Source: Verrucomicrobiia bacterium (GTDB taxonomy: Bacteria; Chloroflexota; Dormibacteria; Dormibacterales; Dormibacteraceae). From it: a stretch of 64,000 bases of DNA. Positions within the stretch are counted from its first letter, which is position 1. Each line of letters begins with the position of its first letter. The notes under the pieces were generated by a model, which was not told the DNA's origin, did not search any database, and saw nothing but the letters and a program-made list of their open reading frames with translations. The DNA lies in NCBI GenBank assembly GCA_035637495.1, contig DASPXA010000053.1:694-64693 (forward strand), in the 5' to 3' direction. A program made the translations under genes and the position numbers. Positions 52,625 through 61,731 of the stretch are shown piece after piece.

Positions 52625-53488
52625 TTGGCCGGGGAAATGCCGACCGCGGTCGCCAAGAAGGACAAGAAGAGAAAAAAGAAGGACGGTCAGTGGACGCCCA
52701 AGAAGGGCGTGCTCTCGAAGAAGGACTACGAGAAAGAGCTGCGCCGCCTGCAGGTCGAGCTTGTGCAGCTCGAGGAATGGATCAGGCACCGAGGCTTGAG
52801 GGTGGTCGTCCTCTTCGAGGGCCGTGACACTGCGGGCAAGGGTGGTGTGATCAAGCGCATGACCGCGCTGCTCAACCCGCGGTACGTGCGCGTCGTGGCT
52901 CTTCCCGCGCCGACTGAGAGGGAAAGGACCCAGTGGTACTTCCAGCGCTACATCGCCCACCTTCCCTCCGCGGGCGAGGTGGTGCTGTTCGACCGGAGCT
53001 GGTACAACCGCGCGGGCGTTGAGCACGTCATGGGCTTCTGCACCGACGATGAGTACGACGAGTTCATGCGCACGTGTCCGCAGTTCGAGCGCATGCTCGT
53101 CCGGGCCGGCATCGTCCTGATCAAGTACTGGCTTTCGGTCAGTGATGAGGAGCAGGAGCGGAGGTTCCTTGGGCGCATCAACGACCCCAGCAAGCGTTGG
53201 AAGCTCAGCCCGATGGACCTGCAGGCCCGCGCGCGCTGGGTCGACTACTCCGAGGCGAAGGACCAGATGTTTGCATACTGCGACATCAAAGAAGCGCCCT
53301 GGAACGTTGTCGAGACCGACAACAAGCGAGCAGCGCACCTCAACCTCATCAATCACTTCCTTTCGCTCATCAAGTACGAAGAGGTGCCGCACGAGGAGAT
53401 AAAGCTGCCGCCGCGACAGAAGCGAGGTTACAACCGTCCGCCGAAGAGCTCGCAGCACATGGTGCCGATCAAGTACGAGGTGAAGTGA
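52625..53488 (+). CDS. ppk2: polyphosphate kinase 2
   Basis: ...VVVLFEGRDTAGKGGVIKRM... Walker A, ...FDRSWYNRAGVE..., a PPK2 fold. Confidence 0.85.
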   Translation: MAGEMPTAVAKKDKKRKKKDGQWTPKKGVLSKKDYEKELRRLQVELVQLEEWIRHRGLRVVVLFEGRDTAGKGGVIKRMTALLNPRYVRVVALPAPTERERTQWYFQRYIAHLPSAGEVVLFDRSWYNRAGVEHVMGFCTDDEYDEFMRTCPQFERMLVRAGIVLIKYWLSVSDEEQERRFLGRINDPSKRWKLSPMDLQARARWVDYSEAKDQMFAYCDIKEAPWNVVETDNKRAAHLNLINHFLSLIKYEEVPHEEIKLPPRQKRGYNRPPKSSQHMVPIKYEVK

Positions 53489-53871
53489 AGGTGAAAGTCA
53501 GCGATCTCCCGCCCGGCCGACTGCTCACGGTCGACCCAGAGACAAGAGTCTCCGACGTGGCGCGAGAGATGCGTCTGAAGGATTCGGACTCGGCCGCGGT
53601 GATGTCTGGCGGCCGGCTCGTTGGCATCATCACCGAGCGGGACCTGGTACGCGCCATCGCCGACGGGGTCAATCCGACCCAGGCCACCGCGGGGGTGATC
53701 ATGACCGCCGGTCCGGCCACCGTCACCTCGGACGAGGACGTCAACGTCGTGGCGCTCAAGATGATGCGCCTCGGCATCAGGCACCTGCCCGTGGTCGATG
53801 ACGAGGGGAAGCCTGTCGGCCTTCTGTCGGCGCGAGATCTCGTGGCGGTGCTCGACCGGGCCAAAACCTAA
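53485..53871 (+). CDS. CBS-domain pair protein
   Basis: GTG start overlapping the ppk2 stop (GTGA). Two CBS motifs (...AVMSGGRLVGIITERDLV..., ...HLPVVDDEGKPVGLLSARDLV...). Confidence 0.6.
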   Translation: MKVKVSDLPPGRLLTVDPETRVSDVAREMRLKDSDSAAVMSGGRLVGIITERDLVRAIADGVNPTQATAGVIMTAGPATVTSDEDVNVVALKMMRLGIRHLPVVDDEGKPVGLLSARDLVAVLDRAKT

Positions 53872-53879
53872 GCCGGCCG

Positions 53880-54395
53880 TTGAGCGCTGACACCGCCATC
53901 CGAGTGCGGCGTGAGGCGACGGTCCTCGAGCACATGGAGGCGGAGAACGCTCACGAATTTGACCGTTGCATCGCAGCCTTTTCGCATCCCCGCTACGAGA
54001 TCGTCCCCACCGGCGAGGTCTGGGACGGACACTCCGGCGTCAATGCCCTGCTTCAGCAGAACGAGCGGGGGTTTCCCGACTTCCATTTCCAACCGGAGGT
54101 GATCCACCATGCCCCCTCCGCGGTGATCGTGGAAGGCAGATTCACCGGGACTCACCTCGGCAACTGGCGTGGCCTGCCTCCAACCAGACGGAAGGTTGAC
54201 TTTCGACTGATCATCGTCTTCATGTTCGAAGGTGAGCGCATGGTCTGCGAGCGGACCTATTTCGACATTGGGACGCCGCTGCGCCAACTCGGCGTAGCAC
54301 GCGATCCAAACTCGCTAGGCGGCAAGATCGCCACCGTCTTCAACCATCCACTGGTGGTGGGCGCGGCAATGATCCGATCAGCGCTGCGAAGGTAG
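53880..54395 (+). CDS. SnoaL-like ester cyclase / NTF2-like protein
   Basis: 171 aa. ...VLEHMEAENAHEFDRCIAAFSHPRYEIVPTGEVW... ester-cyclase family pattern. Confidence 0.7.
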   Translation: MSADTAIRVRREATVLEHMEAENAHEFDRCIAAFSHPRYEIVPTGEVWDGHSGVNALLQQNERGFPDFHFQPEVIHHAPSAVIVEGRFTGTHLGNWRGLPPTRRKVDFRLIIVFMFEGERMVCERTYFDIGTPLRQLGVARDPNSLGGKIATVFNHPLVVGAAMIRSALRR

Positions 54396-54398
54396 AGA

Positions 54399-54983
54399 TT
54401 GATCAAGGTCGGTACAGAGATAGCGAGTCCTCAGACAGGTGAGCGGTTGATCTTCCGATCTACCGCGGAGTCATCGAAAGGGCAGCTTTTCCAGGCGGAG
54501 CTGATCGCGCAGCCGGGGTCCTATGTGGTCCGGTCCCACTGGCACCCCACTCAGGAAGAGCGCTTCGTGGTGCTCGAGGGGACGTACGGATACAAGATCG
54601 GTGCCGAGAGCGGGGCCGCGCATCCAGGCGATACGGTCGTCTGTCCGGTCGGCGTGCCGCACAGCCAGTGGAACGCAGGCCCGGCAGTGATGCGGATCTA
54701 CTACGAGCACCGGCCCGCTCTCGAGTCGGCCGAGCTGTTTTTCGAAACTTACTTCGGGCTCAGCCGCGACGGCAAGCTCCTGCCTTCGGGCGACATGCGG
54801 CTCTTGCAGGCCGCGGTGCTGCTGTCCGAGGTGTCCGACTTCATCCGGATAACGAGCCCTCCGCTGCTTGTGCAGCAGGTTGGATTCCCCTTGCTCGCGG
54901 CCATAGCCAGGCGGCGCGGCTACCGGGCGCGCTATCACAAGTATTCGAGTGCGACGCAGGCGGCGCCGGAGGGCCGGGCGTGA
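54399..54983 (+). CDS. cupin-domain protein
   Basis: ...YVVRSHWHPTQEERFVVLEGTYGYKIG...HPGDTVVCPVGVPH..., a cupin two-His motif. Confidence 0.75.
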   Translation: MIKVGTEIASPQTGERLIFRSTAESSKGQLFQAELIAQPGSYVVRSHWHPTQEERFVVLEGTYGYKIGAESGAAHPGDTVVCPVGVPHSQWNAGPAVMRIYYEHRPALESAELFFETYFGLSRDGKLLPSGDMRLLQAAVLLSEVSDFIRITSPPLLVQQVGFPLLAAIARRRGYRARYHKYSSATQAAPEGRA

Positions 54984-55936
54984 TCGACGACCCGGTCCTC
55001 ATCGAGGACTGGCATCCGGTCGCTCGCCTGCAGGACCTTGCCGCCGGTGGACCTGTCGCGGCGCGCCTCCTCGGTGAGGACCTCGTGCTCTGGCGCTCGG
55101 GAGACGAGTTTTTCGCGTGGCGCGACCTCTGCGTCCATCGCGGAACGCGACTCTCGCTGGGTCGCGTTGAAGGGGGGCGCCTCGAGTGCCCGTACCACGG
55201 ATGGACGTACAACACGGACGGCTGCTGCGTCCTGATGCCGGCACACCCCGATCAGAAGCCGCCCGCGAGGGCGCGAGTCGCGACTTACCACGCGAAGGCC
55301 AGGCACGAGTTGGTATGGGCCACGCTGGGCAGCGGCGCAGCCGAGATCCCGACCTTCGAGCTGATGGAAGATGCGTCGCATCACGTCCTCGCGGCGGGAC
55401 CGTACCGCGTGCGGGCGAGCGGGCCCCGTGTGGTCGAGAACTTTCTCGACGTGGGCCATTTCCCGTTCGTGCACGAGGGCATTCTGGGCGACCGCGCTCG
55501 ACCCGAGATCGAGGACTACGAGGCGCAGGTACTGTCAGATGGAGTGCTGGCGACCGGGGTCAAGGTCTACCAGCCAGACCCGTACGCCACAGGCCAGGGA
55601 TCGACGGTCACCTATACGTACCGCGTGCACCGACCGCTGTCGGCTTCGTTCATCAAGCACGGCCCGCACTCATTCGGAATGCTCCTGTCGGTCACGCCGC
55701 ACGACGCGGTCGACAGCACCGCCTGGATGTGGATGGCAATGGACTACGAGCCGACTTCGGAGATGGTCGACTTCCAGGACCGGATCTTCGCCCAGGACCG
55801 GCCGATCCTCGAGTCCCAGCGGCCCGAGCTCCTACCGCTCGACCTCCAGACCGAGCTCCACCTGCGAAGCGACCGGACGGCGATCGCTTACCGCCGCTGG
55901 CTGAAGCAGCTCGGCGTTCGAACCGGAGCCTACTGA
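54980..55936 (+). CDS. Rieske (2Fe-2S) non-heme-iron oxygenase alpha-subunit-like protein
   Basis: GTG start, GTGA overlap with the cupin gene. ...CVHRGTRLSLGRVEGGRLECPYHGW..., a Rieske CxH...CxxH. ...VGHFPFVHEG..., a mononuclear Fe site. Confidence 0.8.
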   Translation: MIDDPVLIEDWHPVARLQDLAAGGPVAARLLGEDLVLWRSGDEFFAWRDLCVHRGTRLSLGRVEGGRLECPYHGWTYNTDGCCVLMPAHPDQKPPARARVATYHAKARHELVWATLGSGAAEIPTFELMEDASHHVLAAGPYRVRASGPRVVENFLDVGHFPFVHEGILGDRARPEIEDYEAQVLSDGVLATGVKVYQPDPYATGQGSTVTYTYRVHRPLSASFIKHGPHSFGMLLSVTPHDAVDSTAWMWMAMDYEPTSEMVDFQDRIFAQDRPILESQRPELLPLDLQTELHLRSDRTAIAYRRWLKQLGVRTGAY

Positions 55937-56001
55937 GCCTCAAACTCGGTCGCTGAACAGATTCAGTTAACGCGACGAAGCGCGAACAGCCCGGTGGCAG
56001 A

Positions 56002-57408
56002 ATGCTCGCCACCACGAAAAACAGGCCTTCGGCACTGGGGTCCCTGGTGAGGTTTGGGCTGCTCGCCCTGGTGCCCGTCGTCGCCCTTGGATTCGTGCTC
56101 GCCCGCGAGGTCAACGTGGACATTCAGCAGCGGTACCTGGACTCCTCCCGGACCAGTGCGACCCTCATCACCCAGGTCGGCGTCCAGCCCTTGCTCAACA
56201 CCGAGCAGGTGCTGCGCGGGCTGAGTGCGGCCGACGTCAGCCAGATCGACGAGAAGCTGCAAGGCGCGTCGGTGAGCAACGAGGTCCGCCGCATCAAGGT
56301 GTGGAATCGCGTCGGAACGATCGTCTACTCCGACAATCACCAGCTGATCGGTAGGACGTTCAAAATCGACACCGACCTCGGCGAGGCGCTGAACGGAGAG
56401 TCGAGCGCCAGCATCACCGACGGTCACGACGAAGAGAACTCAGGTGACGATCTCGCCGGGCCCCTGATCCAGGTCTACGTGCCGCTGGTGTTCAGCGGCA
56501 ACTCATCCCCCAGCGGCGCATTCGAGCTCTACCTCCCCTACGCGCCGGTGCAGGCGGCGATCGACCACGAGTCGAACCAGCTGTACCTGCTGCTGGCTGC
56601 AGGCTTGACGCTTTTTTACGCGTCGATGTTCCCGGTCGCGCTGCTCGCCGACCGCTGGCGGCGCCGTGCCGAGAGCACCGCGATGGCCAACCTCGCCTTG
56701 CTCGAGCGGCTGAACCGGTTGAAGAGTGAGTTCCTCGTTCGCATCAGTCACCAGTTCCGAACGGCCCTGGTCGGGATCGAGGGCTTCAGCGAAGTCATCC
56801 GTGATTCCGAGCGACTCGACATCAACGAGGTGAAGGCATTCGCAAGCGACATCTACAACGACGCCGAGAGGCTGGACCGCGCCTTCAACGACATGCTCGA
56901 GCTCGACCAGATGGAGACCGGCCGCGCTGCCTTGCGGTTGTCGCGCGTGAACCTCAATCAGCTGATCCACCGAGCTGTCGACGAGGCGCGGAGTCAGGAT
57001 CCAAGTCACACGGTGGTGATGACGCTCGACGAGTCGACGCCACCCGTGTCATGCGACGAGAAAAGGATCGCGCAGGTCATGCGCAACCTCCTGGGCAACG
57101 CAGTCAGATACTCGCGACCCGGAACCGAGGTCGCGGTGAGCACCAGGGCGACGACCGACACGGTCGACGTGGTCGTGAAGGATCACGGTCCTGGCATGCC
57201 CTCCGACTTCGACCGCACCCTGTTCGCCGGGCAGACCAATGGAGCCGGTGACACCGGGCTGGGCTTACCGATCGCGCGCCAGATCATCGAGATGCATGGC
57301 GGTCGCATCTGGTTCGACAGCACCACAGGCGTCGGCACGGAGTTTCACTTCACGCTGCCTCTCAAGGCCCGGGCCAGCCGGGAGATGAAGGCGCTCGCGG
57401 CGGTCTGA
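56002..57408 (+). CDS. sensor histidine kinase (periplasmic sensor plus HisKA plus HATPase_c)
   Basis: ...LKSEFLVRISHQFRTAL..., the H-box. ...LGNAVRYS..., ...GDTGLGLPIARQIIEMHGGRIW..., the N/G boxes. No response regulator adjacent. Confidence 0.85.
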   Translation: MLATTKNRPSALGSLVRFGLLALVPVVALGFVLAREVNVDIQQRYLDSSRTSATLITQVGVQPLLNTEQVLRGLSAADVSQIDEKLQGASVSNEVRRIKVWNRVGTIVYSDNHQLIGRTFKIDTDLGEALNGESSASITDGHDEENSGDDLAGPLIQVYVPLVFSGNSSPSGAFELYLPYAPVQAAIDHESNQLYLLLAAGLTLFYASMFPVALLADRWRRRAESTAMANLALLERLNRLKSEFLVRISHQFRTALVGIEGFSEVIRDSERLDINEVKAFASDIYNDAERLDRAFNDMLELDQMETGRAALRLSRVNLNQLIHRAVDEARSQDPSHTVVMTLDESTPPVSCDEKRIAQVMRNLLGNAVRYSRPGTEVAVSTRATTDTVDVVVKDHGPGMPSDFDRTLFAGQTNGAGDTGLGLPIARQIIEMHGGRIWFDSTTGVGTEFHFTLPLKARASREMKALAAV

Positions 57409-57446
57409 CCAGCGGCCCTCCGGGCCGATACGGTCCCGGAGCACCT

Positions 57447-58346
57447 TTGGAAACCTGTGAAGATAGCGCCGCCTTGTGGTCGTCTCCGATCGCGTTCGCC
57501 GGCGCCGACTCGACGACCTGCTTCCAGCCCAAGCAGGAGCTGGCGTGGAGTCTCATCTCGTCGTCGTTTGCGCTCTCGAGCTTCTCCGCCGTGCTTGCCG
57601 CGTTCATGTTCGCGGCAATGGTCCTGACCCTGACGCGCGAGCTCAAGGAGTACTCGCGAGGCAAGCTCCGGTCCGCGATCGACCCCCACATCGGAAGGCC
57701 CATCGCGTTCATGTTCGCCGCGTTCTTCTCGCTCGTCATGGCCGCGTTCCTGTTCGCCGCAATGACCGGCGAAGAGGCCGACAAGGCGAACCCCAAACAG
57801 TTCATCGAAGGCGCGCTGCCGTCGCTGGTGCTGTCGCTGGGGGTGGCGCAGATGGCGGTTTCCCTGGCCTGGCTGCTGTCGGTCCGCGACCTGTTTGGAC
57901 TGCCCACCGACCTGGCCCGCCTGATGGTGCACGCGACGGTCGTGCTCGCCGCCTTCTTCCTGACGGGCGTCGTGGTCAGCCCGCTGTTCCAGGAGCTGGT
58001 GCGGCCAGGGTTTGCTCTGCAATCCTGGGTCGCCTGGCTGGTCCTCGTCGTTGTGATCCTGGCCGCCATCCCGCTGGGAGCGGTTGCCAGGAGACGGGTC
58101 GCCCGCTTCCTGTGGCAGGACCAGATCGTCAGGTTCGTGAACGTCGCGTCCCTGGCGATGGCGGTGCTGGCCGCTCTCGGCTGGAACGTCGTCTTCAGCC
58201 TCGGGAGGTGCGCGGTAGCGCCGATCTACAACACCGGTCTTGGCAATTTGATGCTCGCGGCTGCTTTCGTGCTCGTGATGGCGATGTTCGCCGCGCTCGA
58301 GGTTGCGACGCCCGCTCCCAAACGCTTGCTGAAGGGACCCCGCTAG
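57447..58346 (+). CDS. hypothetical integral membrane protein
   Basis: 299 aa, ~7 TM helices, no recognised domain. Confidence 0.55.
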   Translation: METCEDSAALWSSPIAFAGADSTTCFQPKQELAWSLISSSFALSSFSAVLAAFMFAAMVLTLTRELKEYSRGKLRSAIDPHIGRPIAFMFAAFFSLVMAAFLFAAMTGEEADKANPKQFIEGALPSLVLSLGVAQMAVSLAWLLSVRDLFGLPTDLARLMVHATVVLAAFFLTGVVVSPLFQELVRPGFALQSWVAWLVLVVVILAAIPLGAVARRRVARFLWQDQIVRFVNVASLAMAVLAALGWNVVFSLGRCAVAPIYNTGLGNLMLAAAFVLVMAMFAALEVATPAPKRLLKGPR

Positions 58347-58422
58347 GGCGCGGTCACAGGGGCGGGTCGGCGCCCGCTCCACGGGCGCGCCTGCTCGAGC
58401 TGGGCGGCGAGGCCGAGATCAC

Positions 58423-59049
58423 CTAATAGTGCCGTGGCTCGTAGCCTGGCTTCCATTGCCCGACGAAGCCCGGGTTGCGGGCCTTGATCTCCTCCCACGT
58501 CGCCTCGGGCATTGCCTGTTCGAGCAGCTTGCGCATCTGGCAGTTGGCGCATATGCCGAAGCGCTTACCGGCCCACGCGCCGCAGCCGGTCTTGCATGGC
58601 TCCAGGTGGTGATGGCAAGCAAAACAGAGGACCTGCAGGTTGTCCTCGCCGTCACCTCCACCCTGGAGCACAGGCATCCGGTGATGGACCTCCAGCACGC
58701 GGTCGGCCGCGGTGGCACCGCACACTTCACAAGCCCCGCCGCGGGCCGCGATCAATGCGCGCCGCCGAGATGTCTTGAGCGGCTCCGCACCTGCGCGCAG
58801 GTTGTTCAGCGTGAGCATTCGGTCGCGTAGGCTGCGTTCGCCCACGAATGTCGTGAACCCACCAGCTCGACCGGCCGAGCAGGCTCCGCACAGCACGACG
58901 AGGTTGGCGGCGCGGCAACCACCAAGCTCAACCACTTTGAACACGTACAGGGCCCAGCGCCACTCGAGGCCGCAGGCCTCACATGCCCCGGCGCACCTGC
59001 GCTCGAGCGCTGCGCGGACGCCGGGAGCAAGCCTTACAGCTCCAAACAT
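58423..59049 (-). CDS. HNH-endonuclease-domain protein with tandem (one degenerate) HNH motifs and extra zinc-ribbon
   Basis: ...CEVCGAT...LEVHHRMPVLQGGGDGEDNLQVLCFACHHH..., a canonical HNH, preceded by a degenerate CEACG...NLVVLCGACS copy. C-terminal CKTGCG...CANC. Confidence 0.65.
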   Translation of the reverse strand: MFGAVRLAPGVRAALERRCAGACEACGLEWRWALYVFKVVELGGCRAANLVVLCGACSAGRAGGFTTFVGERSLRDRMLTLNNLRAGAEPLKTSRRRALIAARGGACEVCGATAADRVLEVHHRMPVLQGGGDGEDNLQVLCFACHHHLEPCKTGCGAWAGKRFGICANCQMRKLLEQAMPEATWEEIKARNPGFVGQWKPGYEPRHY

Positions 59050-59151
59050 GCGTTTGGGACCTGATCATCGTAGCGCCTGACTCGGACCGCCGGAAGACGG
59101 GAATCGAACGCGTGTCAGCGCGGCGAGAAGAGTTGCCCGACCGGCCGGCGG

Positions 59152-59478
59152 TCAGTCGACCCGGTCGACCTTGACCCCATGCCAGAACGCGACCCGGTCC
59201 CTCACCATCTCGGCCTGCTTGCTCGGCTCCGCGTAGAACCACGCCGCGTCTTTGTTGGTCGTCCCGTCGACGACGACGTCGTAGTAGCTGGCCACGCCTT
59301 TCCAGTGGCAGGTGGTGTGAGTGTCACTGGGCCGCATGAATTCGGGCCGCACGTCGGTGATCGGAAAGTACTGGTTGCCCTCGACGCCCGTCGTGTTGGC
59401 GCTTTCGGCGATGACTGTGCCGTTCCACGTAGCTCGGTACCTGGTCCCTGACATGACAACAGGAATCGGCGCCGGCAC
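59152..59478 (-). CDS. DUF427-domain protein
   Basis: ...NQYFPITDVRPEFMRPSDTHTTCHWKGVASYYDVVVDGTTNKDAAWFYAEP...VAFW..., a DUF427 pattern. Confidence 0.7.
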   Translation of the reverse strand: MPAPIPVVMSGTRYRATWNGTVIAESANTTGVEGNQYFPITDVRPEFMRPSDTHTTCHWKGVASYYDVVVDGTTNKDAAWFYAEPSKQAEMVRDRVAFWHGVKVDRVD

Positions 59479-59524
59479 CCCGCTCTTCCATCTTCGACGG
59501 CGGGAGCGGGTTGGGAAGCGGAGG

Positions 59525-60787
59525 TTAGCCCTTGAACGGGGAGGGCGCGCCCGGCGGCAGGTAGGGCGCCGGGTTCACGGGCTTCTGGTTTATCCGCAGC
59601 TCGAAGTGAAGGTGCGGACCCGTCGAGTTGCCGGTCGATCCCTCGAGTCCGACCGGGGTCCCCTGCGAGACGGTCTGGCCCACCTTGACCAGCGCGGTGG
59701 AGAGGTGGCCGTAGAGCGTGTCCAGGCCTCCGGCGTGGACGATCACGACGAAGATGCCGTAGCCGCTTCCGTTGTTCCCGACCGCGGCGACGACGCCGTC
59801 ATCCGCCGCGAACACGGGTGAGCCGAAGGGCTCGACCAGGTCGATCCCGGTGTGGAAGTGCGGGTAGCTGCCATAAGGCGGCTCGAACCAGTACGGGCTC
59901 GGGCCAAACGGCTGCGAGATCTGCGCTTGCGGCTCCGGCCAGATGAAGCGGTACTGCGTGGAGTGGCCGCTGCTGGTTGGAATCTGCCCGACGTTGTTGG
60001 ACTGGGCCCAAAGCTGGACCTGCGTCCACACCGCCTGCATCGCGGCCGCGATGATCGCGTCCTGCTGCTGCTGCAGCCAGTCGGCGACCTGTTGCGCGAG
60101 CTGCGTCGATTGAGTGTTGAGCCGGGCGAGCTCCGACCGCGTCTCCCAGATCTTCTGCTGGAGCTCCTCCATGGACGCTTGCTCCTGCGCCTGGAGCGCC
60201 TGCAGCTGCGCCAGCTCCGAGCTGAGCTTGTTGCGCTGCTTGACCTGTTCCTCCCTCGCCGCCTCCTCCTTCTCGCGCTCCTTCTGAAGGTCGGCCAGGT
60301 CGCTCTTCAGCGAGTTCTTGATCACGCCCGCTCGCGCGCCGGCGACGTTCAGGTCCGCGATCCTGGTCAGCAGGTCGCTCAAGCTCTGCGCCTCGGCGAC
60401 CTGCACCAGCACCGATCCAGGCGAGACGTAGATCGCGCGCGCCAGCTCGCGCAGCTGCGCGCGTTCGGCTTCAATCCGATCGGCGAGGATCGCTTCACGA
60501 CGCTTCGCCTCCGCGATCTGCCGGTCGAGGTCGGCGATCTTCTCGACGACCTCTGCAATCTTGCCCCTGAGCACCTGCTGCTGGGCCGCGTTGTCTTCGA
60601 GCGATTGCTGGAGCTGCTGCTGCGCCGCCAGCCCATCGGCAAGGTTGCTGCCGAGCTGGGCGCGAATCTGGTCGATCACCGCCAGCTGCTGCTGGGGGTT
60701 CGATGGGCTCGAATCCGCGGAGGCGCCGATCCGGTCGGCGCTGAGAACGACAAGCGCAAGCGCGAATGCGACCAGCGCGGCTTTCAC
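59525..60787 (-). CDS. EnvC-like coiled-coil M23 family peptidoglycan endopeptidase
   Basis: GTG start overlapping the ftsX stop (GTGA). Signal peptide, long coiled coil, C-terminal ...HTGIDLVEPFGSPVFAADDGVV...GHLSTALV...GPHLHFELR..., an M23 domain. Confidence 0.8.
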   Translation of the reverse strand: MKAALVAFALALVVLSADRIGASADSSPSNPQQQLAVIDQIRAQLGSNLADGLAAQQQLQQSLEDNAAQQQVLRGKIAEVVEKIADLDRQIAEAKRREAILADRIEAERAQLRELARAIYVSPGSVLVQVAEAQSLSDLLTRIADLNVAGARAGVIKNSLKSDLADLQKEREKEEAAREEQVKQRNKLSSELAQLQALQAQEQASMEELQQKIWETRSELARLNTQSTQLAQQVADWLQQQQDAIIAAAMQAVWTQVQLWAQSNNVGQIPTSSGHSTQYRFIWPEPQAQISQPFGPSPYWFEPPYGSYPHFHTGIDLVEPFGSPVFAADDGVVAAVGNNGSGYGIFVVIVHAGGLDTLYGHLSTALVKVGQTVSQGTPVGLEGSTGNSTGPHLHFELRINQKPVNPAPYLPPGAPSPFKG

Positions 60788-61731
60788 GATTCCATGTGCC
60801 TCCGCAGGCTGATCAGCGAGGACCCGGAGCCGAGTGCCAGGCCCATCGCGACCACCAGTAAGCCCGCGATGCCGGCGACCGAGATCGTGACGCCCGGTGC
60901 AAACTGCGTGAACGTCCCCGGCGCTGCATTGGAGGCGGCGGCGGCGAGGCCGAACGTGACGAGGCCGGCGACCAGGCCGGCCAGTACTCCCGTGATCGCG
61001 CCCTCGATGACGAACGGCCCGCGCACCATCCACCGCGGTGCGCCGACGAGCTGCATGATCGTGATCTCATCCCGCCGGGCGTGGATCGCCGCCTTGATGC
61101 TGTTCATCGTCACCGTTACGGCAATGAAGCCGAGCAGGCTCAGGAACGCGAAGCCCGCGACTGCGGCGCCGAACAGCACGACCTGAATTCGCTGGTAAGC
61201 GCCCTTGTCGTAGGACGTGGGATACGAGGGATCGACGGCGATGTCGTAGCGGACCAGGGAGTCGATGGCCCCCACGTCTTCGATGTTCTTGACGTGGACG
61301 TCGAGGCTCGCGGGGAACGGGTTGCTCTCCGTGGAGTCGGCGAGCTGCGGAAGGCCTGGAATCCGCTGGGCGCGCGCGAGCGCGTCGTCTTTGGTCGTGT
61401 AGCTGACAGACGCGACGCGCGGATCAGCCTCGAGTCGGTTCCAGAGCACCATCACGTCCCTCGGCGTCGCGTTGTCGCGCAGGTACACGTGGAGCAGTGA
61501 GGCCTGGCCGGCCTCGATGTCGGCCAGGTTGTGCAGCGCGAAACCGGTGAGGCCGACCAGGCCTGACATCAGCAGGAGCAGCGTCATCGATCCGAGAGCC
61601 GGGGCGGTTCCGCCTATGTTCCGGGCCCAGCTCCGCGCTGCGCCCCGGAACATGTAACGGATGAGGTTCGCGACCACGGTCTGGATCACGTGCCGTCGTG
61701 GAAAGCGCCCTTTCACGACGACGCCAGCCAC
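60784..61731 (-). CDS. ftsX: cell-division ABC transporter permease FtsX
   Basis: 4-TM FtsX topology with a large extracytoplasmic loop. Immediately downstream of ftsE. Confidence 0.85.
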   Translation of the reverse strand: MAGVVVKGRFPRRHVIQTVVANLIRYMFRGAARSWARNIGGTAPALGSMTLLLLMSGLVGLTGFALHNLADIEAGQASLLHVYLRDNATPRDVMVLWNRLEADPRVASVSYTTKDDALARAQRIPGLPQLADSTESNPFPASLDVHVKNIEDVGAIDSLVRYDIAVDPSYPTSYDKGAYQRIQVVLFGAAVAGFAFLSLLGFIAVTVTMNSIKAAIHARRDEITIMQLVGAPRWMVRGPFVIEGAITGVLAGLVAGLVTFGLAAAASNAAPGTFTQFAPGVTISVAGIAGLLVVAMGLALGSGSSLISLRRHMES

